From a virus, in IMG/VR virus record IMGVR_UViG_3300025018_000105: a stretch of DNA of 64,000 nucleotides; one strand, 5' to 3'. The notes beneath the pieces were generated by a model. The model made no database searches and was not told the DNA's origin. It was given only the letters and a program-made list of their open reading frames with translations. Shown in pieces: positions 49,811 through 58,605 of this stretch. Both the position numbers and the translations under genes were made by a program. Numbering within the stretch: position 1 is the first letter of the stretch; each line of letters starts with the position of its first letter.

Positions 49811-50257
49811 TTAGCGGATGATCCCACCCGCGATGAACGCGTGGTAGTCGAGGATCGGTGTGGTGCCGCCCAGAGTCGCAGTGATCTTCATGAACGCAGC
49901 GGTGGACAGGAGACCACGAACCGTGTCGAAATCGACGAGGAGGACGTGCTGGCCCGTGCCAGTGAGGGTGAGCGTGTGCGTCACGGTCGAAGCCGAGAAA
50001 GCAGCGTCGTCACCGAACACGAGGGTAAGCACGTAGGTTTCATCACCGGTTGTGGTGTCGATCGCATCGACGTTCACGACAACAGCGAAAGTCTGGTCGG
50101 CCAGTTCGTTTTCGGTGTTCCAGTAACCGTCAAGCTGTTCGAGGGCGTAGACCTCGGAATCAGCCGTTGCGGTGATTGCGGCAGCCGACTTCGCACGAAG
50201 GGTAATTGCCGGTGCGGCATCGAGCATATACTTGAACTTGCTATTCATCTTCGCCAT
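49811..50257 (-). CDS. minor capsid/decoration protein
   Basis: Directly after the MCP; beta-rich, as in phiCbK-like phages. Confidence 0.7.
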   Translation of the reverse strand: MAKMNSKFKYMLDAAPAITLRAKSAAAITATADSEVYALEQLDGYWNTENELADQTFAVVVNVDAIDTTTGDETYVLTLVFGDDAAFSASTVTHTLTLTGTGQHVLLVDFDTVRGLLSTAAFMKITATLGGTTPILDYHAFIAGGIIR

Positions 50258-50372
50258 TGGAAGATACTCCTTGGATTGGGGTTAGTGGAGGGGGGAAACT
50301 AACCCCCAAGAATCTGATTGAGACGTGCCAGAGGCAAGGATGGGGACGGACGTGAGCCCGTCCCCGTTAACC

Positions 50373-51299
50373 TTACTTCTTGACGGCGGCGTTGGTGATG
50401 CCCCAGATGCGAGCAGCGGCCTTGCCGTGCATGACGGCCATGGCAACCAACCACTCGACGCGGGTGCGGAACACCGGCTGTGCGTCGATCTCGCCGAGGT
50501 CACGGACATCCATGATGCCGTTCTGGAGACCTACGATCTTGCCGTCGCCGAAGCTCACGACATAGATCGACTGAGACACAACACCACCGCCCGGACCGGC
50601 TTCGTTGAAGTCGATGATCTTCTCACCACGCTCGTCGTCCTCGGTTACGAGGATCGGGAGATCGTTGTAGAAGCCGACGCGACGACCGAAGTCGTCCTTG
50701 TCCCACTGGAGGTCACCACCCACGTCGCGGTCCTTCGCGGCCTGCGAGAGCAGGTTACGCATACGCTTCGACATGACGATGTGCGTCGGGTCGTCAACGC
50801 GGTCGATCGCTTCGTCGAGGGTTGCAAGGCTCAGCGCGCCGTTCGCGTTCGGCGAGGACTCGTCAGCGGCGAGAAGCTGGTAGCCACGCACACGCTTGCG
50901 GAGGCCGTCGAAGGAAACGCCGTCGTCGCCATCACCATTGATGAAAGCAGCCGTGATCTTGGCACCCATGGCCTTGATCTGCATGGTTTCCTGACGCGTG
51001 CGGACGCCGACGCCGTGCGTCTTGACGAGCGCGGTGTCAACGTCGAGTTCGCCGCCAGCGATACGCAGGGTCTCGCTCTGCGGGTTCACGACGCCAACAG
51101 ATGCGTCATAACCTTGGTTGTAGCCACGGAAACCGACGCTCGGCAGCTTTGCTTCCTGAGCATAGCTATACGAGTTGCCCGGAATGTCCATGAGCGGAAG
51201 CGCAGCCATGAGGTCCGTGGAGCCAGCGAACATCTCGATGATCGCCTGACGCTTGAGGTCCCCATCAATGAGCTTCGATGCTTCGTGAAGAGTCAGCAT
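50373..51299 (-). CDS. major capsid protein (phiCbK-like)
   Basis: MLTL.EA.K, LP.V.FR..N.GY, GG..DVD..L, FDGL..R, RTRVEW..AMAV. Confidence 0.88.
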   Translation of the reverse strand: MLTLHEASKLIDGDLKRQAIIEMFAGSTDLMAALPLMDIPGNSYSYAQEAKLPSVGFRGYNQGYDASVGVVNPQSETLRIAGGELDVDTALVKTHGVGVRTRQETMQIKAMGAKITAAFINGDGDDGVSFDGLRKRVRGYQLLAADESSPNANGALSLATLDEAIDRVDDPTHIVMSKRMRNLLSQAAKDRDVGGDLQWDKDDFGRRVGFYNDLPILVTEDDERGEKIIDFNEAGPGGGVVSQSIYVVSFGDGKIVGLQNGIMDVRDLGEIDAQPVFRTRVEWLVAMAVMHGKAAARIWGITNAAVKK

Positions 51300-51442
51300 T
51301 GAAAAATATCCTCTTGATTGGAAAGTGATTGTCGTCGGCCGCCATCGACTGGTGGGGTTGATGAGACCCCGACCAGACGGCCATCAGTCGGGGTTAAGCT
51401 TGTTGACAGTGACCGACGACGAACCTTCCAAACGAACTTGGC

Positions 51443-52228
51443 TTACTTCTTCGAAGCGCCCAGCTTGTTGGCCAGTTCGAGACGTTGCTGAGGGGACATC
51501 TCGGAAATCTGCTTGGCGGTGAAACCGCCAGTCTTCTCTTCCTTACCACCACCAGCACCGCCACCGGCGTTGCCTTTGAAATAGTGCGGTGCTTCGTCGC
51601 GGAGCTTTGCGAGCCATTCCGTAACAGTCATCGGGCTTCCGCCGTCAGCACCGTAAATCACGCTTTCGCCCTTCTTCGGAACCAACCCACCGTCTTCCAC
51701 GCGGAAGACTCGGTAGGCACGTTCGAGCACGTCCGGCAGGGCCTCAGTGCGAACGCCGCTTTCCGGAACGATGACCGCCGCAGTGACTTCCTTGTCGATA
51801 TGCGTGCGGTTCAGGCGCTCGGTCAGCGTCTTGGCTTCGTTTTCCTTTTCCGCCAGTTGACGGTGAAGGGCCTTGTTGTTGTCCTCGTAACCGTCCTTGA
51901 GCACCTTGAGGCGATCCTGAACGGCCTGTTCGATCTGGTCGTCGGTCTTGAGTTCGCCGTCCTTCACCCGCTGGGCAATGTCGCGAAGTTCCTTGACCTC
52001 GTTCGTGAAGTGGTCAAAGTCTTCACCGGCGATGTCCTTCACGCGAGCAAGCTGCGGCGTCATCGCTTCGACGGTCTTCGACAGTTCGATGTTCTTGTTG
52101 CGAAACTCTTCGAGCTTCTTGTTCGGAACGACATTGACGGAGACTTCTCCGGTTTCTTCGTTCGTCTGGGCAAACTCTTTCAGACCCTCCGGGACTGCTT
52201 CGAGATTTAGGAAATTGATTACTGGCAT
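51443..52228 (-). CDS. capsid scaffolding protein
   Basis: KLEEFR.KN, coiled coil, EWL..L...APH.F..N.GGGA. Confidence 0.75.
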   Translation of the reverse strand: MPVINFLNLEAVPEGLKEFAQTNEETGEVSVNVVPNKKLEEFRNKNIELSKTVEAMTPQLARVKDIAGEDFDHFTNEVKELRDIAQRVKDGELKTDDQIEQAVQDRLKVLKDGYEDNNKALHRQLAEKENEAKTLTERLNRTHIDKEVTAAVIVPESGVRTEALPDVLERAYRVFRVEDGGLVPKKGESVIYGADGGSPMTVTEWLAKLRDEAPHYFKGNAGGGAGGGKEEKTGGFTAKQISEMSPQQRLELANKLGASKK

Positions 52229-52438
52229 TGAAAAGTTCCTCACCGAGGGACGAAAAAACGTAGGAACACTACGACCTCCGGGACCCTCCCGGAGGATTTT
52301 CATTTTCCACTGCACGCGCTTGCGGACTGCGGTCGAAAACCATGGGGGAATGCTTATGCTGGTTCCCCCGGAACCTTATGTTGGAAAAGTTACCGAGAAC
52401 ACGACGTTGGACCCCAACGCAGTTCTATCGGAAAGATG
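52229..52438 (-). promoter_or_regulatory. ~210-nt structured 5' leader of the scaffold/capsid operon
   Basis: Hairpins at 52361-52375, 52275-52295 (9-bp perfect stem) and 52253-52273 (stem plus U6). Confidence 0.55.
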
Positions 52439-52444
52439 GCATAT

Positions 52445-52490
52445 AGTGTAATAGAAATTATGCTAACTGTCAAGCAAAAATTGCGCTTAA
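52445..52490 (-). promoter_or_regulatory. capsid operon promoter with upstream GCGCAATTTTT
   Basis: ttaagcgcaatttttgc-TTGACA-17 nt-TACACT. Confidence 0.75.
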
Positions 52491-52500
52491 CCGAAAAAAG

Positions 52501-52671
52501 TTACTTACGAGGTTTACGAATCGCCTTACCACGGCGGTGACGACCCATCTCTTCGCTGATCACCTTGTCCAGCGCGTCAGTGTCTTCGCTTCCATCAAAC
52601 TCATCCAGATCGTCGGCCCAAAGACGGTCCCTGATGCGTCGATCCAAATGAAGGTCGTATTCGTCAGACAT
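52501..52671 (-). CDS. 56-aa acidic/basic peptide (not in ORF track)
   Basis: TAATG coupling to the portal stop; MSDEYDLHLDRRIRDRLWADD...RHRRGKAIRKPRK. Confidence 0.6.
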   Translation of the reverse strand: MSDEYDLHLDRRIRDRLWADDLDEFDGSEDTDALDKVISEEMGRHRRGKAIRKPRK

Positions 52672-54434
52672 TATTCGGCTGGTGGCTTGTCTCGGGTCTG
52701 CGCTTGGCGGGCGGCGGCCGGGACAGGTGGGATGTCGGTGTCATCTGGATTGTTGCCTTGCGCCTGCTTCTCTTGCGACTTACGGTTGGCGGCGGCCTGT
52801 CTTTCCTTGGCCTTGATGTCCATTTCGTCGCGCTTGGTCTCATTATCGTCCAGATCGCGCTGGAGTTCATCCTGCCGCTGAGCACGCGAATCCGGGAAGC
52901 CTTCCTGACGGCTCTCGAAGTCCGGTTGGTTCGGGAACTGTGCTTCATCTTCGAGCATCTTCATGAAAATTTCCTTGGTGACGTATTCCGGAATAACGTC
53001 GGCCTTAAGGAAGTATTCGTAGATGATCTCGATCGGTAGAAGGTTCGCCTGATACATCATAGTGATGGCGCGGAACTCACGGGCGGCTGCCTGATCCAGT
53101 AGGAAGTCTTGGTTTACGCGGAACTCAAGGGCTTCGCTGGGCTCTTCGTTCAGCCACATCGACAAGATTTCAGCGAGTTCCGTAAAGTTCTCGTTGAGAA
53201 CCGTGGTGACATTCAAAAGCAGTGATTGCTCGTTGCGGTCTTTAAGCTTCACTTGGTTGTCGGACTGCCCGGCTGTGTTGGAGTCTCCGATAAGGCGACC
53301 GCCAAGTGATGCGACTTGTGTCTCTTTGTGTTCAAGCGCCTTTTCAAGGCTCTTGAGGCCTTGGCCGTTGAACTCGATGATACCGGCTTTTTCGTTAGTG
53401 CCAATTTCCCATACAACGCTCGGGCCGATGTGATATTCGTCATCTTCCGAACCACCGGTGACGTAGTAGACCGGGTTTGCCGTGTAGAAGCGCCCATGCT
53501 CAAGCTGAGCATAGGTCTTGTAGTGCGACATATTAAGCGTGAGAATGTCGAGGATCGGCGGCTTCTCGACCGACGAGAGGCGCGTCGTAGCGTTGAAAAA
53601 GCGGAAGGGGATACGGTCCATCGGCACGCCATAAACCATCGGAGTCGCAACGATTGGCTCTTCGGTCAGGTCAGCGTCTTGTCCCGGATTCTCGTAAAGC
53701 TCCTGCTGATAGACCATACGATCGAAATTTTCGTCCCAAACGAGACGCAGGATGCGATACTTGATGTAGAGGTGGCCGTAATTCGGGTTCGGCTTGGACT
53801 CGTTACCTTCGAACGTCACGATCCGACGGTCGGGCTCGAACTCTCGCAGGAGGATGAAGTCGAACTCGTCTCGGCCATCGATCTCGGCCGTGGACCAGTC
53901 AAGGATATTCTCACAGGTGTAACCTGCCAAATAGGGCCGCACAAACGGTCCATCATTAGCCGATTTGTCAACCAGAACGCCATAGCGACCTACCGACAGC
54001 ATTTCCTGTGCGACGACCTTAGAGAAGACGTTAAAGCTCAGTCCGTCCTTACTGGTGCGACGACTGATCTGCTTGAGGCGAGGCCCGGCGTTGAGCAAAC
54101 GGGCGTCACGACGAAAGATCGAGCCAGTCAGGCCCGTCACCGTCCGATACACCATGTTGTAGAAAACAGCGCGGTCAAGGTAGGCCGAGTATTGCTCTTC
54201 GTCCATACCTTCGGGCTGGGGGAGATACATTTTGCCGTGGCGCTTAATTTCGACTTCGCCGATCATAGCGTGGCGGATCGCAGTCCAGATTTCTCGCCAG
54301 TTGTTGTAGTCCCAGTTTGAGAACTGCGGCGCACGCTCAATAAGCTCTTGACGCGAGCGAAGTGAGGCATAGTGGGCTTGGCGGTTATGAAACCGCTTCA
54401 CTTGGCCTTTAGTCGGGGGAGTATAATCTGGCAT
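52671..54434 (-). CDS. portal protein (DUF4055 family)
   Basis: YLP......Y..YL.RAVFYN...RT..GL.G.IF; LAH/EHG.FYTANP; GGRL. Confidence 0.88.
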   Translation of the reverse strand: MPDYTPPTKGQVKRFHNRQAHYASLRSRQELIERAPQFSNWDYNNWREIWTAIRHAMIGEVEIKRHGKMYLPQPEGMDEEQYSAYLDRAVFYNMVYRTVTGLTGSIFRRDARLLNAGPRLKQISRRTSKDGLSFNVFSKVVAQEMLSVGRYGVLVDKSANDGPFVRPYLAGYTCENILDWSTAEIDGRDEFDFILLREFEPDRRIVTFEGNESKPNPNYGHLYIKYRILRLVWDENFDRMVYQQELYENPGQDADLTEEPIVATPMVYGVPMDRIPFRFFNATTRLSSVEKPPILDILTLNMSHYKTYAQLEHGRFYTANPVYYVTGGSEDDEYHIGPSVVWEIGTNEKAGIIEFNGQGLKSLEKALEHKETQVASLGGRLIGDSNTAGQSDNQVKLKDRNEQSLLLNVTTVLNENFTELAEILSMWLNEEPSEALEFRVNQDFLLDQAAAREFRAITMMYQANLLPIEIIYEYFLKADVIPEYVTKEIFMKMLEDEAQFPNQPDFESRQEGFPDSRAQRQDELQRDLDDNETKRDEMDIKAKERQAAANRKSQEKQAQGNNPDDTDIPPVPAAARQAQTRDKPPAE

Positions 54435-54442
54435 GTAATCTC

Positions 54443-54802
54443 TGAAAAGGCGGCCCCCGGTCCTTATGATACCGGGGGCCTAGTCGGAGGAGACAGGCTG
54501 ATGAAGGGGGCCACCCTATCTGAAACAATCCCCGCGCTTCGATTGGCACATGCGTCCTACCACGCGTGGGACGGGCTCACCCTCTAGGCCCCGCTGGGAC
54601 CGGGCTCGCCGGGACACCATCGCGACAGCTTTTTCTGTCCAGATTGACCGGCAATAAGTTTACCTGTCCCCGCCGTGCTCACTTCCGCTCTCCCCACTTT
54701 GGCAGCCGACCAAAGCCGCTACTCGCCGGGCCGTTGGAGTGAGTGGTCCACGTCGTTTACAGGATAACCACTGATCGATGATGCAAAAGGAATTTCAAGT
54801 TG
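54443..54802 (-). ncRNA. candidate ~360-nt structured RNA / regulatory leader upstream of the portal gene
   Basis: Own promoter; no credible ORF; many local and long-range helices; ends in a 10-bp GC hairpin plus CUUUU. Confidence 0.6.
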
Positions 54803-54808
54803 ATGTTA

Positions 54809-54853
54809 AAGCTAACACAAGACGTTAACTATGTCAAGCAAAAATTGCGCTTA
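54809..54853 (-). promoter_or_regulatory. promoter of the portal leader RNA
   Basis: gtaagcgcaatttttgc-TTGACA-17 nt-TAGCTT. Confidence 0.75.
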
Positions 54854-55390
54854 CTGATCTGATGATTTGCGGGGCTTGATACGCAGAGCCCGTTCGAGCC
54901 TCTGCCAGAACTTGAGCTTTTCGAGTATCGGGTTGAGCCAATCGGTCAGGATGCAGAAGTTCCTGTTCTGCGGGGGCTTGTGGTGAACCGCGTGGCTGCG
55001 GCCAGATTGGATGACGCCGGTCTTCTGAAACACCTCGATCCAGCCGCCTTGGCGCTTGTGCGTCCACAGGTGAACTTCATTCATCATCATCCCACCAAAC
55101 GTGGCGAAGAACCACACGACACTCGGACCGAAGAGCCACAACCAGATAACGCTGATCACCCCGGCCGCGATGAATGTCGTCGAGTTACGCGCCCAGAACG
55201 GTGTTTTAGTGAAGTCCATAGGATCGGTGTGGTGTAGGTCGTTTGGCTCCAGCACCCACTTGTCGATCCACCGGTTTGTCGGCTTACCGATGCGCTCCTC
55301 CCACCAATGCAAAAGCCCGCCGATGAAGTCGGCGAGAAGCCAGCCGCACAGGGCTTGTCCAATGAACGCGAAAAATGCAAAGCTGATCAT
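54851..55390 (-). CDS. TMEM189/CarF/FAD4-family lipid desaturase (Lipid_desat-like)
   Basis: ADFIGGLLHW, LHH, VHLWTH, Q..G......HAVHH, NFCILTDWLNPILE; TM segments; ATGA overlap with the upstream stop. Confidence 0.8.
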   Translation of the reverse strand: MISFAFFAFIGQALCGWLLADFIGGLLHWWEERIGKPTNRWIDKWVLEPNDLHHTDPMDFTKTPFWARNSTTFIAAGVISVIWLWLFGPSVVWFFATFGGMMMNEVHLWTHKRQGGWIEVFQKTGVIQSGRSHAVHHKPPQNRNFCILTDWLNPILEKLKFWQRLERALRIKPRKSSDQ

Positions 55391-55923
55391 CGTGCCTCGC
55401 TCCACTTATCAGCAAAGGTCAGGATGAACTTGCGGTGCTTGTTGAACTGTTCACGAGCGAACGGCTCTTCTTCCCGCATCTGGCGTGTGATCTCTTCGAT
55501 CGGAACACCCTTGAACTGAGGATAGAAGCGCAGCGAGCCTGCTTCGTCCGCTAGCTTCTTCTCGAAATCGGCGTTATAGAGTTCGACCGCAGCAATGACT
55601 TCGCTCATCTTCCCGCGATATTCCACCTCTTGTTTGATGGAAGCCGGGAGCAAAGCGCTGCCAGCCGCAAAAGCAAGCAAAGCGAAAGTCCACGCGATGC
55701 CCGTGTTGACCGGATCACCAGCCGCAAGCAATGAACCAACGCCGCCAATCGTGAAGAAATACGCGAGGCGGAAACCTAGCATGTAACGCCACTCGACAAA
55801 CTCCTGTAACAACGTAGCCAGCGGGTGAACAATCCGCGTGCGCCGGATCACAAGCCAAAACGCATTATGTGATGCGTAGGAACCCTTAGGCTCCTTTAAG
55901 AATACAGGAGGTCTGATAATCAT
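55387..55923 (-). CDS. membrane protein with two TM segments, hypothetical
   Basis: Hydrophobic hairpin in the centre; coupled to the desaturase. Confidence 0.65.
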   Translation of the reverse strand: MIIRPPVFLKEPKGSYASHNAFWLVIRRTRIVHPLATLLQEFVEWRYMLGFRLAYFFTIGGVGSLLAAGDPVNTGIAWTFALLAFAAGSALLPASIKQEVEYRGKMSEVIAAVELYNADFEKKLADEAGSLRFYPQFKGVPIEEITRQMREEEPFAREQFNKHRKFILTFADKWSEAR

Positions 55924-56134
55924 AGTGGTGGTCTCTTGGGGGTTGACATGTTTTCAAGTTATGGTAATGAGGATTCGTCTGCGGCCTCGTAGACAATCCG
56001 AGAGACTGCCCGGCGCGCCCATTAGCCTGAATGCGCCGGGCACCTTTTGGAAAATCGTTGAGGACATTCATCCCCCGAATGACCCTTCGAGTCGTGAGCG
56101 CCGGTGGGGTCCATCCTAGTTCCCCACCGGCGAT

Positions 56135-57076
56135 TTACTCCCCAAACAGATCGAGCACTTCTTCAATGACCGGGTGACGGCAAACGTCATCACGTGTCAA
56201 CTTGACAAGTCCGATACGCTCGTAACGGAGGGCGGTTTCGTAGTCATACGAAGCATCACATGCCACCTCGGCATCGTCATTGTCGTTATTGTCGTCATCT
56301 TGGCCCGTGATGCCTTGCATACCTCCGGTGATGAAACCCGGCAGCGACGGCTGGCGATTGCGCTTGTCTTCAAGACGGTAGATGACATCCCCGAGGCCCA
56401 TCTTACCAATGTGACGGTCATACTGGTTGATGTCGCCCGTGATGATCATGTTACAGCCTTCCCCGATCCGGGTCATGAGCATCTTCATCTGTTCCGGCGT
56501 GGCGTTCTGCATTTCGTCTGCGATCACGACGCAGTTCTTGAAGGTGCGTCCCCGCATGTAAGCCAGCGGTGCGATCTCGATCGTCTCGTTGGTAAGCATC
56601 ATCTGAATCTGGTGCATCTCATAGCACTCGGCAAAGACATCAATGATCGGCCGGGTCCATGGAGCCATCTTCTCGGTTAGGGTGCCCGGCAGGTAGCCTA
56701 GGTCATCACCGGTGGTGACATTGGGACGAGTGATGACGATCTTCGTGATGTCGCCCTTCTGGAAATCGGCGATGGCCTGACGAACCGCCATGTAGGTCTT
56801 ACCAGTTCCGGCTGGTCCTGAAACGATCAGAATATCGTGATGGTGCTGGCGGAGCTTTTTGAGATAGACCTTCTGGTTTCGAGAGTTGGCTTGAAGTTGT
56901 GGAGGACGCTTTTTGGTCATTACCGACATCGGATGATCCCTGTGCGAAGAATAAGGAATGCCTTGATCCTTTGGATATTTGGAAGGGTAGAGAGTTTGCT
57001 TTTTGGCGGGTGTGGTGTTCGCCTTGCGATGGGCTCGCTTTTTGGTGGCACCAGTCCCGCGAGCTTTGCGGGCCAT
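56135..57076 (-). CDS. phoH: PhoH-family ATPase
   Basis: GPAGTGKTY, LGYLPG, IEIAPLAYMRGRTF, ADEMQN, TGD..Q.D, RHPVI. Confidence 0.93.
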   Translation of the reverse strand: MARKARGTGATKKRAHRKANTTPAKKQTLYPSKYPKDQGIPYSSHRDHPMSVMTKKRPPQLQANSRNQKVYLKKLRQHHHDILIVSGPAGTGKTYMAVRQAIADFQKGDITKIVITRPNVTTGDDLGYLPGTLTEKMAPWTRPIIDVFAECYEMHQIQMMLTNETIEIAPLAYMRGRTFKNCVVIADEMQNATPEQMKMLMTRIGEGCNMIITGDINQYDRHIGKMGLGDVIYRLEDKRNRQPSLPGFITGGMQGITGQDDDNNDNDDAEVACDASYDYETALRYERIGLVKLTRDDVCRHPVIEEVLDLFGE

Positions 57077-57186
57077 TGGCTCCCTCTTTGTGTTGTTGTG
57101 TCCGAGAGTGATGCGCCTATGCTATCATAGGTCCTCAACCCAAATAGCGAATCTACCGGAGGCGAAATGGAAATCGATTTTTTCAG

Positions 57187-57482
57187 AAGGGTATACCCCA
57201 TGGGTCCCACCGAGGTGTGACAACTTTGTTGGTGCCCTAGGGGTCTGAACCTGTGGTTACCTTCGTTGAAAAATTGGCGGATGTCGGGGTTACGTTACGG
57301 CATTGTGGCTTTATGCCGAGGGATCACGTGATGCGAGTAGGACGGGGGCGCGTGATGAACAATATCAACTTTTTATGCTGACAAAGGGTATCACAGCTTT
57401 GATGAAAAGTCCACCTATTTTGTGTCAGGTGAGCGCCTAGAGCGCCGCTTTTTGCGACAAAGGGTATACCCTCTTGGGTCCC
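57187..57482. repeat. two copies of AAGGGTATACCC-N3/4-TGGGTCCC plus a partial copy in the late/early junction
   Basis: 57187-57208, 57460-57482, partial 57381-57391; GGGTATACCC is palindromic. Confidence 0.7.
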
Positions 57483-57536
57483 TTGCCCGGTCGAAAAATT
57501 TTTCAAGTTATGGTTAATGAATATTTACGTTAAGCA

Positions 57537-57569
57537 AAAGAAAAGGCGGACCTTTCGGCCCGCCTTTCG
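57537..57569 (-). terminator. intrinsic terminator closing the early region
   Basis: GC stem with GAAA-containing loop followed by a U-tract on the - strand. Confidence 0.8.
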
Positions 57570-57589
57570 TTTTCCCTTGGGGCTAGGCC

Positions 57590-57802
57590 TTAGCGGATCA
57601 CCGCCTTGGCCTGCACCCCCTTGTTGCTTTCCAATCGGTCGGCATCCGAGAGAGCCTTGTTAACCGGAGCCTCAATTTGAAGGCGGCGGTGCGGCCACTT
57701 GGCGCGGGCACGAGCCTTAGCTTGCTTGAGGCTAACGGCGCTAATGTGGCCCATGAAAACCGAATGATTCCAAACCGGGTAAACTGGCATCTGATTTTGC
57801 AT
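57590..57802 (-). CDS. early 70-aa basic protein (paralogue of 60331-60543)
   Basis: AAGGAG RBS in the repeat unit; near-identical paralogue. Confidence 0.75.
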   Translation of the reverse strand: MQNQMPVYPVWNHSVFMGHISAVSLKQAKARARAKWPHRRLQIEAPVNKALSDADRLESNKGVQAKAVIR

Positions 57803-57890
57803 TTCGGTGTCTCCTTGCTTCCGATGACTCAGTAATACCGATTCGGGGTGATTCGGTCAATACCTAAAATCACTTTATTTCGCTTTTTGT

Positions 57891-58040
57891 TTACTCGCTA
57901 TTTACCATAGCTTGTTCCCTTTGGAAGTCAGCGGCTAGGCGTGCAGCCCTGCGCGCCCTCGCCTCGGCGATCGGGCGATCGGGCCAGCGTCCGAGTCGCT
58001 GGCCCTGCACATCGCATTCCCATTGATTGCGACTAGCCAT
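57891..58040 (-). CDS. 49-aa Arg-rich early peptide (not in ORF track)
   Basis: TGATG coupling to the upstream peptide. Confidence 0.5.
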   Translation of the reverse strand: MASRNQWECDVQGQRLGRWPDRPIAEARARRAARLAADFQREQAMVNSE

Positions 58041-58195
58041 CAGGGTAGCTTGTCTAGCGTGTTCTGCACAGCAGCCACAGCAGCGAATAACGTAGCACTA
58101 GCAGTATAGGCAACACATACAGCAGCCACAGCAGCAGCAGCGCGCACAGCAAAGCCGGTGAAGAGAAGTCCTGCAATTCGTTCGAAGCTGTTCAT
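58040..58195 (-). CDS. 51-aa Ala-rich hydrophobic early peptide (not in ORF track)
   Basis: ATG after the repeat RBS; MNSFERIAGLLFTGFAVRAAAAVAAVCVAYTASATLFAAVAAVQNTLDKLP. Confidence 0.65.
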   Translation of the reverse strand: MNSFERIAGLLFTGFAVRAAAAVAAVCVAYTASATLFAAVAAVQNTLDKLP

Positions 58196-58332
58196 CGGTC
58201 TGTCTCCTTAATTCCGATGATTCGTTCATGTCAGAACGAAAGTGATTCGTCAAGCCACTTGTGCGGGGCTCAATTCTCAGGGGCATTCCGGGCCCTGCTA
58301 TGCCAGCAGAGCCCAGAGAAGCCCTTAGGGCG

Positions 58333-58605
58333 CTATTCCAGCGCTTCCACAGGGTAAGCCCGGATCATGGGGCACAAGCGCCCCTCGGCGTTCTCAGGGA
58401 AAAATTCGGTTCGCACAAGGTCGGAAAGCTTGTCAGCATCCGTCCAGCTAGGCGCACTAAAACGAATCGTTTTCGGCTGATTCGACAAGCCTAGGTGATA
58501 GGCGAGTCGGGGATTTTTCAGGCCGTGTTTTTTCGCAGCCGCCAGCAGCGCGGATTCGTCCTGCGAATCACTGATTCCTGTTCCTGTCAATTCAAAGCGT
58601 TTCAT
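58333..58605 (-). CDS. early hypothetical protein
   Basis: Half-copy repeat RBS. Confidence 0.7.
   Translation of the reverse strand: MKRFELTGTGISDSQDESALLAAAKKHGLKNPRLAYHLGLSNQPKTIRFSAPSWTDADKLSDLVRTEFFPENAEGRLCPMIRAYPVEALE

Noticed and set aside
54443-54802. tmRNA, RNase P RNA or tRNA
   Set aside because: No GAGGAAAGUCC or AACCCGGCUUA, no tRNA-like ends or TPsiC arm, and the frame after GUAAACGAC does not end in an ALAA-type tag
54434-57076. Terminase genes next to the portal
   Set aside because: The only P-loop protein here has PhoH motifs; the terminase presumably lies outside the window
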